Assembly: GCA_963422645.2 (NCBI GenBank)
Contig: CAXXVO010000014.1
Coordinates: 96,001-160,000, forward strand
Length of the DNA: 64,000 bases
Direction: 5' to 3'
DNA from: Alphaproteobacteria bacterium
GTDB lineage: Bacteria; Pseudomonadota; Alphaproteobacteria; UBA828
Shown: positions 8,691 to 18,645 of the stretch, piece by piece
Position numbering within the stretch: the stretch's first letter is position 1
Layout: each line of letters starts with the position of its first letter
Notes under the pieces: generated by a model
The model's database searches: none
Told to the model about the DNA's origin: nothing
What the model saw: only the letters and a program-made list of their open reading frames with translations
Translations under genes and position numbers: made by a program

Positions 8691-9635
8691 TCATGCGTCC
8701 TCCCCGGAATTCACGTGGGCGAGTGTCGCAGCCCCGAGGTCCGCGAGCGCGGAACCGGTGGACTTGAAGAACGTGATTTTCTGTTCGTCGCCGCAGCCGG
8801 CCGCAGTTCGTTGGCAGAGGCCGGACAGGTCGCCGGCGATCTGCTCCTCCGTTAGCGCGCCGGACCGGATCGGCCCAATGAGGTCGCCGCTCTCTTTCAG
8901 GGCTCCCTTCGTATCGATATAGACGCGCGCGCGGCTCACCGCCGCGTCGTCGGCCTCTCGCATGTGGGGCCTGAAGCTGCCGATCAGGTCGAGATGCTGT
9001 CCTGGCCTGAGCCACGCGCCCGCGATCAGCGGATCGATTGCCAGCGTCGCGCAACTGATGATGTCGGCGGCCGCCACCGCAGCCTTGAGGTCCGTCGAAG
9101 CCGCGGCGCGAAACCCCGCGTCGTTCAGCCTTCGCGCCAGCTTTTCGGCGTTCTCCGCGTTGATGTTCCAGACCGCGACGTCCTCGATCGGACGCACCGC
9201 CCGAAACGCATCCGCCAGGTTGCCGGCGACCCGCCCCGCCCCAACCACCAGGAGCCGCCGCGCATCCGCGGGCGCCAGGTAGCTTGCTGCCAGCGCCGCG
9301 GTGGCTGCTGTGCGCCGGTCGGTAAGTTCACCACCGTCCAGCATCGCCAGGTGCCGCCCGGTCTTCGCATCGAAGAGAAGATAGGAAGAGGACACCGAGG
9401 GCATTCCGGCGGCCGCGTTACCCGGATTGACGTTCACAATCTTGACCCCGCCCAGGCCCGCCGGGTTCCACGCGGGCATCAGGAGCAGCGCCGCGTCCGG
9501 CTCCCCGTCGAGCGCGATGGTGTGGTGATGCCGCAAGGGAGCGGCGGCGCCGGATCGGAACATTTTCCGTAGCGCCTCGATCAGCGCATCGAAGGGCAGC
9601 AGGTCTCGGGTCTCTTCGGCACTGAAGACGCGCAT
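8691..9635 (-). CDS. Ornithine cyclodeaminase/mu-crystallin family protein
   Basis: LLMPAW, GVKIVNV, LTDRRTAA, GAGRVA, GSFRPHMRE, FKSTG. Confidence 0.92.
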   Translation of the reverse strand: MRVFSAEETRDLLPFDALIEALRKMFRSGAAAPLRHHHTIALDGEPDAALLLMPAWNPAGLGGVKIVNVNPGNAAAGMPSVSSSYLLFDAKTGRHLAMLDGGELTDRRTAATAALAASYLAPADARRLLVVGAGRVAGNLADAFRAVRPIEDVAVWNINAENAEKLARRLNDAGFRAAASTDLKAAVAAADIISCATLAIDPLIAGAWLRPGQHLDLIGSFRPHMREADDAAVSRARVYIDTKGALKESGDLIGPIRSGALTEEQIAGDLSGLCQRTAAGCGDEQKITFFKSTGSALADLGAATLAHVNSGEDA

Positions 9636-9832
9636 GGTTCAGTTCCTCGATTACGTCGCGGGGGAGACGAAGCCCCTCGGGCCGGCGCTCCCCACCGGCC
9701 TCCGCCGCACTGCGGCGGAGGTTACGACCCTGATTTTATGCCACCGTCCTCGTTGGTGCAGAGCGCGTCGCCGGTCCTGAAGGGTGGGTCCACTATGACC
9801 AGGATCGGAATTGCGTCCCAGCTCATCTGACG

Positions 9833-10117
9833 GGCGACGCGGTGCCCAACCAGGCCTTCCGGATCGGGGCCGCGACCTATTCATTCCAGCCCCACTTCGA
9901 GGTGACGCCCGAGATGATGACGCACTGGGTCTCGATCTCCGACGAGGTCGTGCCCAAGTACGCGCCGACCTTGCCCGAGGCGCTGCCGCACCAGCTGCAG
10001 CTCCACCACCACGCCTCCCACGATTTCTGCTACCGCGTAGGCGACGCCTGGCTCGACCTTGTCGCGGCGCGGGCGAAGCGGGAAGGGGAGGACGGTTGAC
10101 GATGGTGACCCCTACGG
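9833..10117. repeat. Direct repeat copy B (non-functional GATase 3' fragment running into the tRNA-Glu 3' end)
   Basis: ORF 9842-10099 repeats the last ~85 aa of the GATase 7630-8370 with 4 amino-acid differences; no 5' part of the gene. Confidence 0.92.
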
Positions 10118-10177
10118 GAATTGAACCCGTGTCTCCACCTTGAAAGAGTGGTGTCCTAACCTCTAGACGAAGGGGTC
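10103..10177 (-). tRNA. tRNA-Glu (TTC)
   Basis: Reverse complement GACCCCTTCGTCTAGAGGTTAGGACACCACTCTTTCAAGGTGGAGACACGGGTTCAATTCCCGTAGGGGTCACCA folds as a cloverleaf; anticodon TTC; encoded CCA. Confidence 0.96.
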
Positions 10178-10220
10178 GGTGGCTTGGGCCGCGCTATGTA
10201 GCGGGCGTGGCGCCTCAAAA

Positions 10221-12029
10221 TCAAGGGTTTGATGGCGCCGGCGCAGGCGCGCCGTCGTCGATGTGCAGCTCGACGGCGCGGGTGCCCCGGCGGCGGTCTA
10301 GGCGGAGACGGCCTGCCAGGTGGAAGGGGTGCTCCGCGCCCGCGAGCAGCGCGTGGCCCAACGCGTTGTCGGCGGCGCGGAAGGCGATACCCTTGAGTCG
10401 CTTGCCCGAGCGGCCCGCAAGCTGGCAGCGCACGTGGCCGCGGCCCACGATATCGGCGCGCAGCAGCTGGGCGCCGGCGATGGCGAAGCGGGGCTCCGGA
10501 TTGCCGGCGCCGTAGGGGCCGGCCGTCTCCAGCATCTCCAGGAGCTCCGCTGTCGCGCCTTCGACGCCGAGCGCGCCATCGAGGCCGAGGGTCGGAGTCC
10601 GGGCGGCCTCGTCTGCGTCCACGCCCAGGCGGTGGTGCAGGAAATCCTCCAGCGGCGAGAGCTTCGCCCTTTCCACGGTGAAGCCCGCCGCCATCGGATG
10701 GCCGCCGCCATTGACCAGCAGCCCAGCCTGCCGCGCCGCGGTGATCGCGGCGCCGATATCGATGCCCGGCACCGAGCGGCAGGAGGCCTTGCCTATGCCG
10801 TCCGCGCCATCCTCCCAGGCGACGACGACCGCTGGCCGGTTGTAGCGCTCCTTGAGCCGGCTCGCGACGATGCCGATCACCCCGGCATGCCAGCGCTCTT
10901 CATGGGCGAGGACCAGGGGCGCCGACGCCGGCGTGCCGCCACTTGCCGTCTCAACCTGCTCGATGGCCTCCTCCAGCACCGCCTGCTCGATGGCCTGGCG
11001 CTCGCGGTTGAGCGCATCGAGACGCTGCGCGATCTCCCGCGCCTTGTCGTCCTCCTCGGTGGTCAGCAGGCGCGCGCCCAGACTGGCCTCGCCCACCCGG
11101 CCGCCGGCATTGACGCGCGGCCCCAGAATGAAGCCCAGGTGGTACACCCCCGGCGCTTCCTCCAGCCCGGCGACGTCGCCGAGCGCCCTGAGCCCGACGT
11201 TGCGGCGTTGCCGCATCATCGTGAGCCCTTGGCGCACGAAGGCGCGGTTGACTCCGGTGAGCGGCACCACGTCGCAGACTGTGCCGAGCGCCACCAGGTC
11301 GAGCCATTGTAGGAGATCCGGCTCCGCCCGGTCGCGGTACCAGCCTGCCTCGCGCAGGTGGCGGTTGAGCCCCACGACGAGGAGGAACGCCACGCCCACG
11401 GCGGCGAGCTGGCGGTGCGGGCTCGCGTCGTCCAGCCGGTTGGGGTCGATCACGGCGCAGGCCTGGGGCAGCCGCGCCTCGGCCACGTGGTGGTCCACCA
11501 CGATCACGTCGAGGCCCGCGTCGGCGGCGTCATCCAGCGCATCGAAGGCGCTGATTCCGCAATCCACGGTGATGACCACACGCACGTCCTGCGCCGCGAG
11601 TATGCGCATGGCCGTGCCGTTCGGGCCGTAGCCCTCGCGCAGGCGGTCGGGGATGTAGATCGTCGGCGGGTCGGCGACGGCCTCGAGGAAACGGCTGAGG
11701 AGCGCGGCCGAAGTCGCGCCGTCCACGTCGTAGTCGCCGAAGATCGCGATCTTCTCGCCCGCTTCCAGCGCGCGGGCGAGACGTGCGATGGCCTTGTCCA
11801 TGTCCAGCAGGTGGAGCGGGTCGGGCAGGAGGCGGCGCAGCGTCGGGTCGAGATAGTCCGGCGCGTCTTCCGCCGCGATGCCGCGGGCCGCGAGCACGCG
11901 CCCGACCAGCTCCGGCGCCTCGATGGCCTGGGCGAGAGAAAGCCCGGCCATCGAATCGGCAAGGCGCGCGCGCCAGCGCTTGCCGAGCAGCGATCGCTCG
12001 ACCCCGAGCATCGCCGCTCCGTCGCTCAT
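10221..12029 (-). CDS. recJ: Single-stranded-DNA exonuclease RecJ
   Basis: GDYDVDG, EGYG, TVDCG, DHH, GTVCDV, GGGHPMAAG. Confidence 0.97.
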   Translation of the reverse strand: MSDGAAMLGVERSLLGKRWRARLADSMAGLSLAQAIEAPELVGRVLAARGIAAEDAPDYLDPTLRRLLPDPLHLLDMDKAIARLARALEAGEKIAIFGDYDVDGATSAALLSRFLEAVADPPTIYIPDRLREGYGPNGTAMRILAAQDVRVVITVDCGISAFDALDDAADAGLDVIVVDHHVAEARLPQACAVIDPNRLDDASPHRQLAAVGVAFLLVVGLNRHLREAGWYRDRAEPDLLQWLDLVALGTVCDVVPLTGVNRAFVRQGLTMMRQRRNVGLRALGDVAGLEEAPGVYHLGFILGPRVNAGGRVGEASLGARLLTTEEDDKAREIAQRLDALNRERQAIEQAVLEEAIEQVETASGGTPASAPLVLAHEERWHAGVIGIVASRLKERYNRPAVVVAWEDGADGIGKASCRSVPGIDIGAAITAARQAGLLVNGGGHPMAAGFTVERAKLSPLEDFLHHRLGVDADEAARTPTLGLDGALGVEGATAELLEMLETAGPYGAGNPEPRFAIAGAQLLRADIVGRGHVRCQLAGRSGKRLKGIAFRAADNALGHALLAGAEHPFHLAGRLRLDRRRGTRAVELHIDDGAPAPAPSNP

Positions 12030-12050
12030 CGAGTCAGGTGCCGGGGCTAA

Positions 12051-13049
12051 TCACGCGCCGATGCGCTCGGGCGCGCGTGAGAAATCGTGCTCGGCCTCGA
12101 TCATGCGCAGGGTGCCGGTGCGCGAGCGCATGACCACCGAGCTGGTATGTGCACCGTGCGGAACCCGCGAGACACCGCGCAGCATCGCCCCATCGGTAAC
12201 ACCGGTCGCGCAGAACATCACCTCGCCGCCCGCGAGCTCGTGCAGGGTGTACTTGCGGCTCAAGTCGGTGACGCCCATCGCCCGCGCGCGCCGCTTCTCG
12301 TCGTCGTTGCGGAAAACCAATCGACCCATCATCTGGCCGCCGATGCAGCGAAGCGCCGCGGCGGCGAGCACCCCTTCGGGCGCGCCGCCGATCCCCATGT
12401 AGATGTCGACGGTGCGGTTGAGCCGCGTGGTCGCGATCACGCCCGCGACGTCGCCGTCCCTGATCAGCTGGATGCGCGCGCTGGTCTCGCGCACCTTGGC
12501 AATCAGCTCTTCGTGCCTGGGCCGGTCCAGAATCAGGACAGTGAGCTCGTTAACGTCGCAGTGCTTCGCCTTGGCGAGCTTGGCCAGCGTCGTGGCCGGC
12601 GGGTCGTCGAGGTCGACCAGCTCGTCCGGCAGCCCGTCGCCGACCGCGATCTTGTCCATGTAGGTGTCGGGCGCGGCGAGGAAGCCGCCCTTCTCCGCCA
12701 TCGCGAGCACGGCAAGCGCGTTGGGGCCGCCGGTGGCGCAGATGGTGGTGCCTTCGAGCGGGTCGAGCGCGACATCGAGGCTGGGCCCCTTGCCGGTGCC
12801 GACGGTCTCGCCAATGAAGAGCATCGGCGCCTCGTCCCGCTCGCCTTCGCCGATCACGACCGTGCCGTCGATGTCGAGCGCGTTGAGGCCGCGCCGCATG
12901 GCGTCGACCGCGGCTTGATCTGCCGCCATCTCGTCACCGCGGCCGATCAGCCGGGCCGCCGCGCGGGCCGCAGCTTCGGTCACGCGTACCGCGTCTAGCG
13001 CCAGGTTCCGGTCGAGGGAGACGATCTCCTCTGCGCTCTGCTTCCCCAC
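12051..13049 (-). CDS. glpX: Class II fructose-1,6-bisphosphatase
   Basis: VIGEGERDEAPML, DPLEGT, DRPRH, GGAPEGVL. Confidence 0.97.
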   Translation of the reverse strand: MGKQSAEEIVSLDRNLALDAVRVTEAAARAAARLIGRGDEMAADQAAVDAMRRGLNALDIDGTVVIGEGERDEAPMLFIGETVGTGKGPSLDVALDPLEGTTICATGGPNALAVLAMAEKGGFLAAPDTYMDKIAVGDGLPDELVDLDDPPATTLAKLAKAKHCDVNELTVLILDRPRHEELIAKVRETSARIQLIRDGDVAGVIATTRLNRTVDIYMGIGGAPEGVLAAAALRCIGGQMMGRLVFRNDDEKRRARAMGVTDLSRKYTLHELAGGEVMFCATGVTDGAMLRGVSRVPHGAHTSSVVMRSRTGTLRMIEAEHDFSRAPERIGA

Positions 13050-13058
13050 CGGTGCCTC

Positions 13059-14366
13059 TTAGAACGCTTCGATCCGGATCATGCGCGGCGGCTCCAGCAC
13101 CGCATCGAGCCGGTCGATCGCGGCGAGCGCGCCCACCACCGCCGCCTCCTGCGCCTCGTGGGTGGTGAGCACCACGGGCACAAGCTCGCCGGGGTTCCGT
13201 CCGCGCTGCAGCATGGCCTCCACGGAGACCTGCTCGTCGCGCAGGCAGGCGGCGATGCCGGCAATCACGCCCGGCTTGTCCACCACCATCAGGCGAATGT
13301 AGTAGGCGCCGACGTGGTGGTCCATGGGCTTCGCCGCCGCCCGGGGCGTGCCTGCCGCTGCGGCGGGAAAGGCCGGCATGATCTGGCCGCGGGCGATGTC
13401 CACGAGGTCGGCGACCACGGCCGATGCGGTCGGCCCGGCCCCGGCGCCGGGGCCCTCGAAGAGCGCGCTGCCGATCCGGTCGCCCTCCGCCACCACGGCG
13501 TTGAACACACCGTCGACGCGGGCAATTGGCGCGGTCTCACGGATCATGCAGGAGTGCACGCGCTGGGTGATGCCATGCTCGCCGGCGCGGGCGATGCCCA
13601 AGAGCTTGACCCGGTAGCCGAGCTCGATGGCGAAGCCGATGTCGAGCGCGCTGACGTGGCGTATGCCCTCGACGTGCACGGCGCCGAAGTCGACCGGGCA
13701 GCCGAAGACGACGCTGGTAAGGATGGCGAGCTTGTGTGCGGCGTCGATGCCGTCGATGTCGGTGGAGGGATCGGCCTCCGCGTAGCCGAGCTCCTGCGCC
13801 TCCTGCAGCACGGACTCGAACTCCCGCGTCTGGCCGGCCCGCACCGACTCGTGCATCGCGGTCATGATGTAGTTGCAGGTGCCGTTCAGGATGCCGTAGA
13901 CGCCGCCGAATCGATTGCCGGCGAGGCCCTCGCGCAGCGCCTTGACGATCGGGATGCCACCGGCCACCGCGGCCTCGTAGCCAAGATGGCGCTCCGCTTG
14001 TCGGGCGGAGTCCGCGAGCGCGGCACCATGGTGGGCGAGCAGGGCCTTGTTGGCGGTCACCAGGTGCTTTTGGTTGGCAAGCGCGGTCTCGGAGAGTACC
14101 CGGGCCGCACCCTCGGCACCGCCGATCAGCTCGACCACGACATCGACGGCGGGGTGGGCCGCGAGCTCCCGGGCATCGTCCCGCCAGTCGAGCCCGTCGA
14201 GCGAGATCCCGCGATCCTTGCCCTTGTCGCGTGACGAGACCGCCACAACCTCGATCGGCCGGCCGGTCCGTTGCTTCAGCAGCGTGGCGTTGTCGCGAAG
14301 CAGCGCCAGCACGCCGCAGCCGACCGTACCCAGCCCGGCGATGCCGATTCGTAGCGGCTCAGGCAT
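13059..14366 (-). CDS. hom: Homoserine dehydrogenase with C-terminal ACT domain
   Basis: GLGTVG, VTANK, EAAVAGGIP, NGTCNY, GYAEADP, GPGAG. Confidence 0.96.
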   Translation of the reverse strand: MPEPLRIGIAGLGTVGCGVLALLRDNATLLKQRTGRPIEVVAVSSRDKGKDRGISLDGLDWRDDARELAAHPAVDVVVELIGGAEGAARVLSETALANQKHLVTANKALLAHHGAALADSARQAERHLGYEAAVAGGIPIVKALREGLAGNRFGGVYGILNGTCNYIMTAMHESVRAGQTREFESVLQEAQELGYAEADPSTDIDGIDAAHKLAILTSVVFGCPVDFGAVHVEGIRHVSALDIGFAIELGYRVKLLGIARAGEHGITQRVHSCMIRETAPIARVDGVFNAVVAEGDRIGSALFEGPGAGAGPTASAVVADLVDIARGQIMPAFPAAAAGTPRAAAKPMDHHVGAYYIRLMVVDKPGVIAGIAACLRDEQVSVEAMLQRGRNPGELVPVVLTTHEAQEAAVVGALAAIDRLDAVLEPPRMIRIEAF

Positions 14367-14593
14367 GTGTGCGTGCTGCTTTCTGTTCGTTTCGCAACGA
14401 GAGGGGAGGGCGGCCAGCTCGATCCTGGTCGCCCGGCACACCGTGAAAGCGACGGATCACGACGGGGTAAGGGTCTCGGCGAGCCGGTCGCGTGGTGGGC
14501 TGCGGGGCACGCCGCCGGCGGCCCGCATGCCCTTTTCACAAGCTAAGAAGGCGGCTGGCGCGATCATCCGCCGTTCACCGGAGCAGGCTCCGC

Positions 14594-15007
14594 CTACTCC
14601 TCCGCCGGCTGATACACGGCGCGCACCTGCATCATTGGCTCTTCCTCCTCCACGCGCGCGCGGAGTTCCTCAGCCGTGTGCTGCGCCTTCTCGCGATCCG
14701 CCACCAGGCCGGCCGTCAGCTCAATACGCTCTTCCTTGCTCGCGACAGCAGGCGCTTCGTTCGGCACCTCGCTGAGGGATCGGTAGGACTCGTCGCCGCC
14801 GGGAACGGCATCGCTGCCGAAGACCTCGTCGTCGTCCTCGACATGGCTGAACAGGTCGCCGACGTAGTCGGTCGTGTCCTCGATCGCCGAGCATCCGGTA
14901 ACCAGGAGGCCGAGAGCGATCGGCCCGATTGCGAGTAGCGCGAGCGGCCGCGTCCGCCGATGCTGGCGAGTCCGCGTTGTCGTCTGATGGCTCCGAGAAT
15001 CGTGCAT
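14594..15007 (-). CDS. Putative lipoprotein (resembles the N-terminal part of alphaproteobacterial OmpA-family lipoproteins)
   Basis: Basic N-region, hydrophobic stretch and lipobox LVTG-C; SLSEVP...EERIELTAGLVADRE segment. Confidence 0.6.
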   Translation of the reverse strand: MHDSRSHQTTTRTRQHRRTRPLALLAIGPIALGLLVTGCSAIEDTTDYVGDLFSHVEDDDEVFGSDAVPGGDESYRSLSEVPNEAPAVASKEERIELTAGLVADREKAQHTAEELRARVEEEEPMMQVRAVYQPAEE

Positions 15008-15161
15008 GGGGCATTCTCCTGGTTGGCTGGCGATGCCATGCAACCGCCAGCATTGAGGACCGTTCGACTCGCGAGTAGCATATACTCAATTCCGATCATT
15101 CGCATTGGCCGGTGGCCGACAGGTGCGCCCGCCAACACACTCCACACGGACTCGGCTCACG

Positions 15162-16952
15162 ATGCCTGACAACTCTCCCGCCGCAGACGCGACGGAACAC
15201 GACGCGGCCGACCATCTCGCCGCCATCACGGAACAAAGCCAGCGGATCGCAGCGCGCTTTTTCAGCGGGCAGGGCGCGACCGGCACCGGGGCGGCTTCCG
15301 ACCCCCTCAACCTGAGCGCCGCCTTGGGGGCGATGGCGCGGAGCCTGGCCAACGATCCGTCGCCGCTGATCGACGCTCAGATGAGGTGGTGGGACGGCTA
15401 TCTCAGGCTGTGGCAGCAAGGCGCGGAGCGCTTGCGAGGCGAAGAGCCTGAGCCGGTGGCCGCGCCCGAGCCCGACGACCGGCGTTTTCGCGATCCGGCC
15501 TGGACCGAGAGCTGGGTCTTCGATCATCTCAAGCAGTCATATCTGCTGACGGCTGCCTGCGTGCAGTCGACGGTGGGGAACCTGCGCGGCCTCGACGAGA
15601 GGGACGCCGCGAAGCTCGCCTTCTACACGCGCCAATTCGTCGATGCGCTGGCGCCGACCAATTTCCTCGCCACCAACCCCGCCGCACTGAAGGAGACCGC
15701 CGAGACCAAGGGCGAGAACTTGCTAAAGGGCCTGCGCAACGTGCTCGACGATCTGGAGCGTAATGACGGTCGCTTTGCGCCCCGAATGTCGGACGAGGAT
15801 CATTTCAGCCTGGGTGAGACCATCGCCACGACGCCCGGAAAGGTCGTCTTCCAGAACGAGCTCATGCAGCTGATCCAGTACGCCCCGAGCACCGAGACGG
15901 TGTTTCGCCGGCCGCTCCTCATCGTGCCGCCCTGGATCAACAAGTACTACGTGCTCGATCTGAGGCCGAAGAACTCGTTCGTCAGGTGGGCCGTATCGCA
16001 GGGCTATACGGTCTTCGTGATCTCGTGGGTCAACCCGGACGAGCGCCTCGCGAAGAAGACCTTCGAGGACTACATGGTGGAAGGCCCGTTGGCTGCGCTC
16101 GATGCGATCGAGCAGGCGACAGGCGAGCGCGATGTCACGGCGATCGGCTACTGTTTGGGCGGCACGCTGACGGCGGCGACGCAGGCGTACCTCGCGGCCA
16201 AGGACGACAAGCGGATCAGGAGCGCGACCTTCTTCGCCTCCCTCGTCGACTTCACCGAGCCCGGCGAACTCGGCGTCTTCATCGACGACGCCCAGCTCGA
16301 GTCGCTCGAGGCCATGATGGCGGAGCAGGGCTATCTCGAAGGCCGCCACATGGCGACGACCTTCAACATGCTGCGGGCCAACGACCTGATCTGGTCATTC
16401 GTGGTTAACAACTACCTGCTCGGCCGCGAGCCGCTGCCCTTCGACCTGCTCTTCTGGAATTCGGATTCGACCCGGATGCCGGCGGCGATGCACGGCTTCT
16501 ACCTGCGCAAGATGTATCAGGAGAACCTGCTCGCCCAGCCGGAGGGCCTGAGCCTCGCTGGCGTTCCCATCGACCTCCGTCGCGTCGACATCCCCACCTA
16601 TATCGTGGCGACGCGGGAAGACCACATCGCACCGTGGCAGTCCTGCTTCGCCGCGTGCGGGCTCTACCGGGGGCAGCGCCGCTTCGTCCTCGGCGCTTCC
16701 GGTCATATTGCCGGCATCATCAACCCGCCGGCGGCCGGCAAGTACGGCTACTGGACCGGACCGGTCGTGGAGTCGCAGGACGCCAACGCCTGGCTTGCCG
16801 CCGCCGAGCAACACGATGGCTCCTGGTGGAACGACTGGCACGCCTGGCAGCGCCGCCGCTCAGGCGGCAGGAAGGTACCGGCGCGGGTTCCGGGCGACGG
16901 CGGGCTTACTCCGATCGAGGACGCGCCGGGCGCCTACGTCCTGGCGGGGTAG
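15162..16952 (+). CDS. phaC: Class I polyhydroxyalkanoate synthase
   Basis: DRRF, PTNF, TPGKVV, PPWINKYY, catalytic box GYCLGG, DHIAPW, SGHIAG. Confidence 0.97.
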   Translation: MPDNSPAADATEHDAADHLAAITEQSQRIAARFFSGQGATGTGAASDPLNLSAALGAMARSLANDPSPLIDAQMRWWDGYLRLWQQGAERLRGEEPEPVAAPEPDDRRFRDPAWTESWVFDHLKQSYLLTAACVQSTVGNLRGLDERDAAKLAFYTRQFVDALAPTNFLATNPAALKETAETKGENLLKGLRNVLDDLERNDGRFAPRMSDEDHFSLGETIATTPGKVVFQNELMQLIQYAPSTETVFRRPLLIVPPWINKYYVLDLRPKNSFVRWAVSQGYTVFVISWVNPDERLAKKTFEDYMVEGPLAALDAIEQATGERDVTAIGYCLGGTLTAATQAYLAAKDDKRIRSATFFASLVDFTEPGELGVFIDDAQLESLEAMMAEQGYLEGRHMATTFNMLRANDLIWSFVVNNYLLGREPLPFDLLFWNSDSTRMPAAMHGFYLRKMYQENLLAQPEGLSLAGVPIDLRRVDIPTYIVATREDHIAPWQSCFAACGLYRGQRRFVLGASGHIAGIINPPAAGKYGYWTGPVVESQDANAWLAAAEQHDGSWWNDWHAWQRRRSGGRKVPARVPGDGGLTPIEDAPGAYVLAG

Positions 16953-17499
16953 CCGCAGGCGCTCGCCGCGGCGGGCCCGAGGATGCCCGGTACTCGCCGG
17001 CGCGGTTCGCGTAGCGCCGGGCGATGGAGGTGATGGTCTCGCGCTCGGCGTTGCTCACCATGCGCACCGCCTTCGCGGGCCGTCCCATCCACATCTCGCC
17101 GCTCTTGACCCGCTTGCCCGGCGTCACCAGCGCGCCGGCGGCGACCCAGGCACCGGTCTCCACCACCGCAAAGTCCATCACCGTGGCGCCCATGCCGATC
17201 ATGCAGGCGTCCTCCAGAATGCAGGCGTGCAGCAGGCACATGTGACCCACCACGACGTCATCGCCGATGAACGTGGGGCCGTCTGCCGTAGCGGTGTGGA
17301 CGATGGTGCCGTCCTGGACGTTGCTGCGTGCGCCGATGCGGATGTAGTTCACGTCCCCGCGCAGGACGCAGTTGAACCAGATGCTCGATTGGTCCCCGAG
17401 CACGACATCGCCGATCACGTTGGTGCCGGCGGCGACGAAGGCGTTCGGCGCCACCTGTGGCCAGCGGTGGTGATAGGGGAGCAGCAGACCGGCTGACAT
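16906..17499 (-). CDS. Gamma carbonic anhydrase family protein
   Basis: LRGDVNYIRIG, NVQDGTIVH, GHMCLLHAC hexapeptide repeats; 3' end overlaps phaC. Confidence 0.92.
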   Translation of the reverse strand: MSAGLLLPYHHRWPQVAPNAFVAAGTNVIGDVVLGDQSSIWFNCVLRGDVNYIRIGARSNVQDGTIVHTATADGPTFIGDDVVVGHMCLLHACILEDACMIGMGATVMDFAVVETGAWVAAGALVTPGKRVKSGEMWMGRPAKAVRMVSNAERETITSIARRYANRAGEYRASSGPPRRAPAATPPGRRRPARPRSE

Positions 17500-17513
17500 G
17501 GGCTCCCGACTCC

Positions 17514-18572
17514 CTAAGGGAAGAGCGGCGCCTGCTCGAGCCCGGTCGTCTCCGGCAGGGCGTGCATCAGGTTCATGTTCTGGATCGCCTGGCCGGAAGC
17601 GCCCTTGACCAGATTGTCGATAGCCGAGATCAGAATCGCGCGTCCCTCGATCCGGTCGTCGAAGACCCCGATGAGGCAGTGGTTGGAGCCCCGCACGTGC
17701 CGCGTCGCCGGCGCCGCGCCCGTCGGCAGCACGCGTACGAAGGGCTCGTCCGCGTAGCGCCGGGCGAGGGCCTCGCGCAGGGCATCGGCACCCGCACGGC
17801 TGCGCACGTAGATCGTCGCCAGGATGCCCCGGTTCATGGGTATGAGATGGGGCGTGAAATTGACCCGCACCGGCGCGCCGGCTGCGGCCGAGAGCCCCTG
17901 CTCGATCTCGGGCGCGTGGCGGTGGGCGGCGATGCCGTAGGCGTGCACGCCCTCGCCGACCTCGGCGAAGAGGCTTCCCTGTTTGGCTTCGCGCCCTGCG
18001 CCGGAGACTCCAGACTTGGCGTCAATGATGATGTCGTCGTTCTCGATCAGCCCGTCTTCGAGCAGCGGCGCCAGCGGCAGCTGCGCGGAGGTGGGGTAGC
18101 ACCCGGGGTTCGCCACCAGCCGGGCGCTGCGGACCTCATCGCGGGCGAGCTCCGTCAGCCCGTAAACCGCCTCGGCCTGAAGCGCCACGGCGCCGTGCGC
18201 CCGCCCGTACCATTCGGCATAGACCTCGGGGTCTTCGAGCCGGAAGTCTGCCGAAAGGTCCACCACCTTCAGATGGTCGGGGAGCGCGGCGATGACCTCC
18301 TGCGTGGTGCCGTGAGGCAGGCAGCAGAAGACCGCGTCGAGCGAATCCCAGGCGGCGTCCTCGATCTTGACGAGATCGGGAAAGCCCGCGCCGTGGAGAT
18401 GGGGAAAGACTGCGCCCAGGCTCTGGCCCGCGCGGCGTTCGGCGGTGAGCAAGCCGACCGAGAAGCCGTCGTGAAGCGTCAGCAGGCGCAGCAGCTCGCC
18501 GCCCGTATAGCCGCTCGCGCCCAGCACGCCGACGCGCGCGGTGTTGCCCGTACCGGAGGGGGAGGGGCTCAT
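17514..18572 (-). CDS. argC: N-acetyl-gamma-glutamyl-phosphate reductase
   Basis: GASGYTG, DLSADFR, ANPGCYPT, SGVSGAG, HRHAPEI, DNLVKGASGQA. Confidence 0.97.
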   Translation of the reverse strand: MSPSPSGTGNTARVGVLGASGYTGGELLRLLTLHDGFSVGLLTAERRAGQSLGAVFPHLHGAGFPDLVKIEDAAWDSLDAVFCCLPHGTTQEVIAALPDHLKVVDLSADFRLEDPEVYAEWYGRAHGAVALQAEAVYGLTELARDEVRSARLVANPGCYPTSAQLPLAPLLEDGLIENDDIIIDAKSGVSGAGREAKQGSLFAEVGEGVHAYGIAAHRHAPEIEQGLSAAAGAPVRVNFTPHLIPMNRGILATIYVRSRAGADALREALARRYADEPFVRVLPTGAAPATRHVRGSNHCLIGVFDDRIEGRAILISAIDNLVKGASGQAIQNMNLMHALPETTGLEQAPLFP

Positions 18573-18645
18573 TGGAGGTCTGCCGTGATCGCTGGAGCCG
18601 GAGCGGGGGACGCACATCAGCGCAGCCGCGCCGGCGACGCCCGGG

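Noticed and set aside
9790-9802. 13-bp match CCACTATGACCAG with 49013-49025 as an att-site pair
   Set aside because: Many 13-mer matches are expected by chance in 64 kb, and there is no integrase.
16906-16952. Convergent overlap of phaC and gamma-CA (also Adc/CMD at 38980-39010) as antisense regulation
   Set aside because: Short 3' overlaps with low-complexity tails are common in GC-rich genomes; there is no further evidence.
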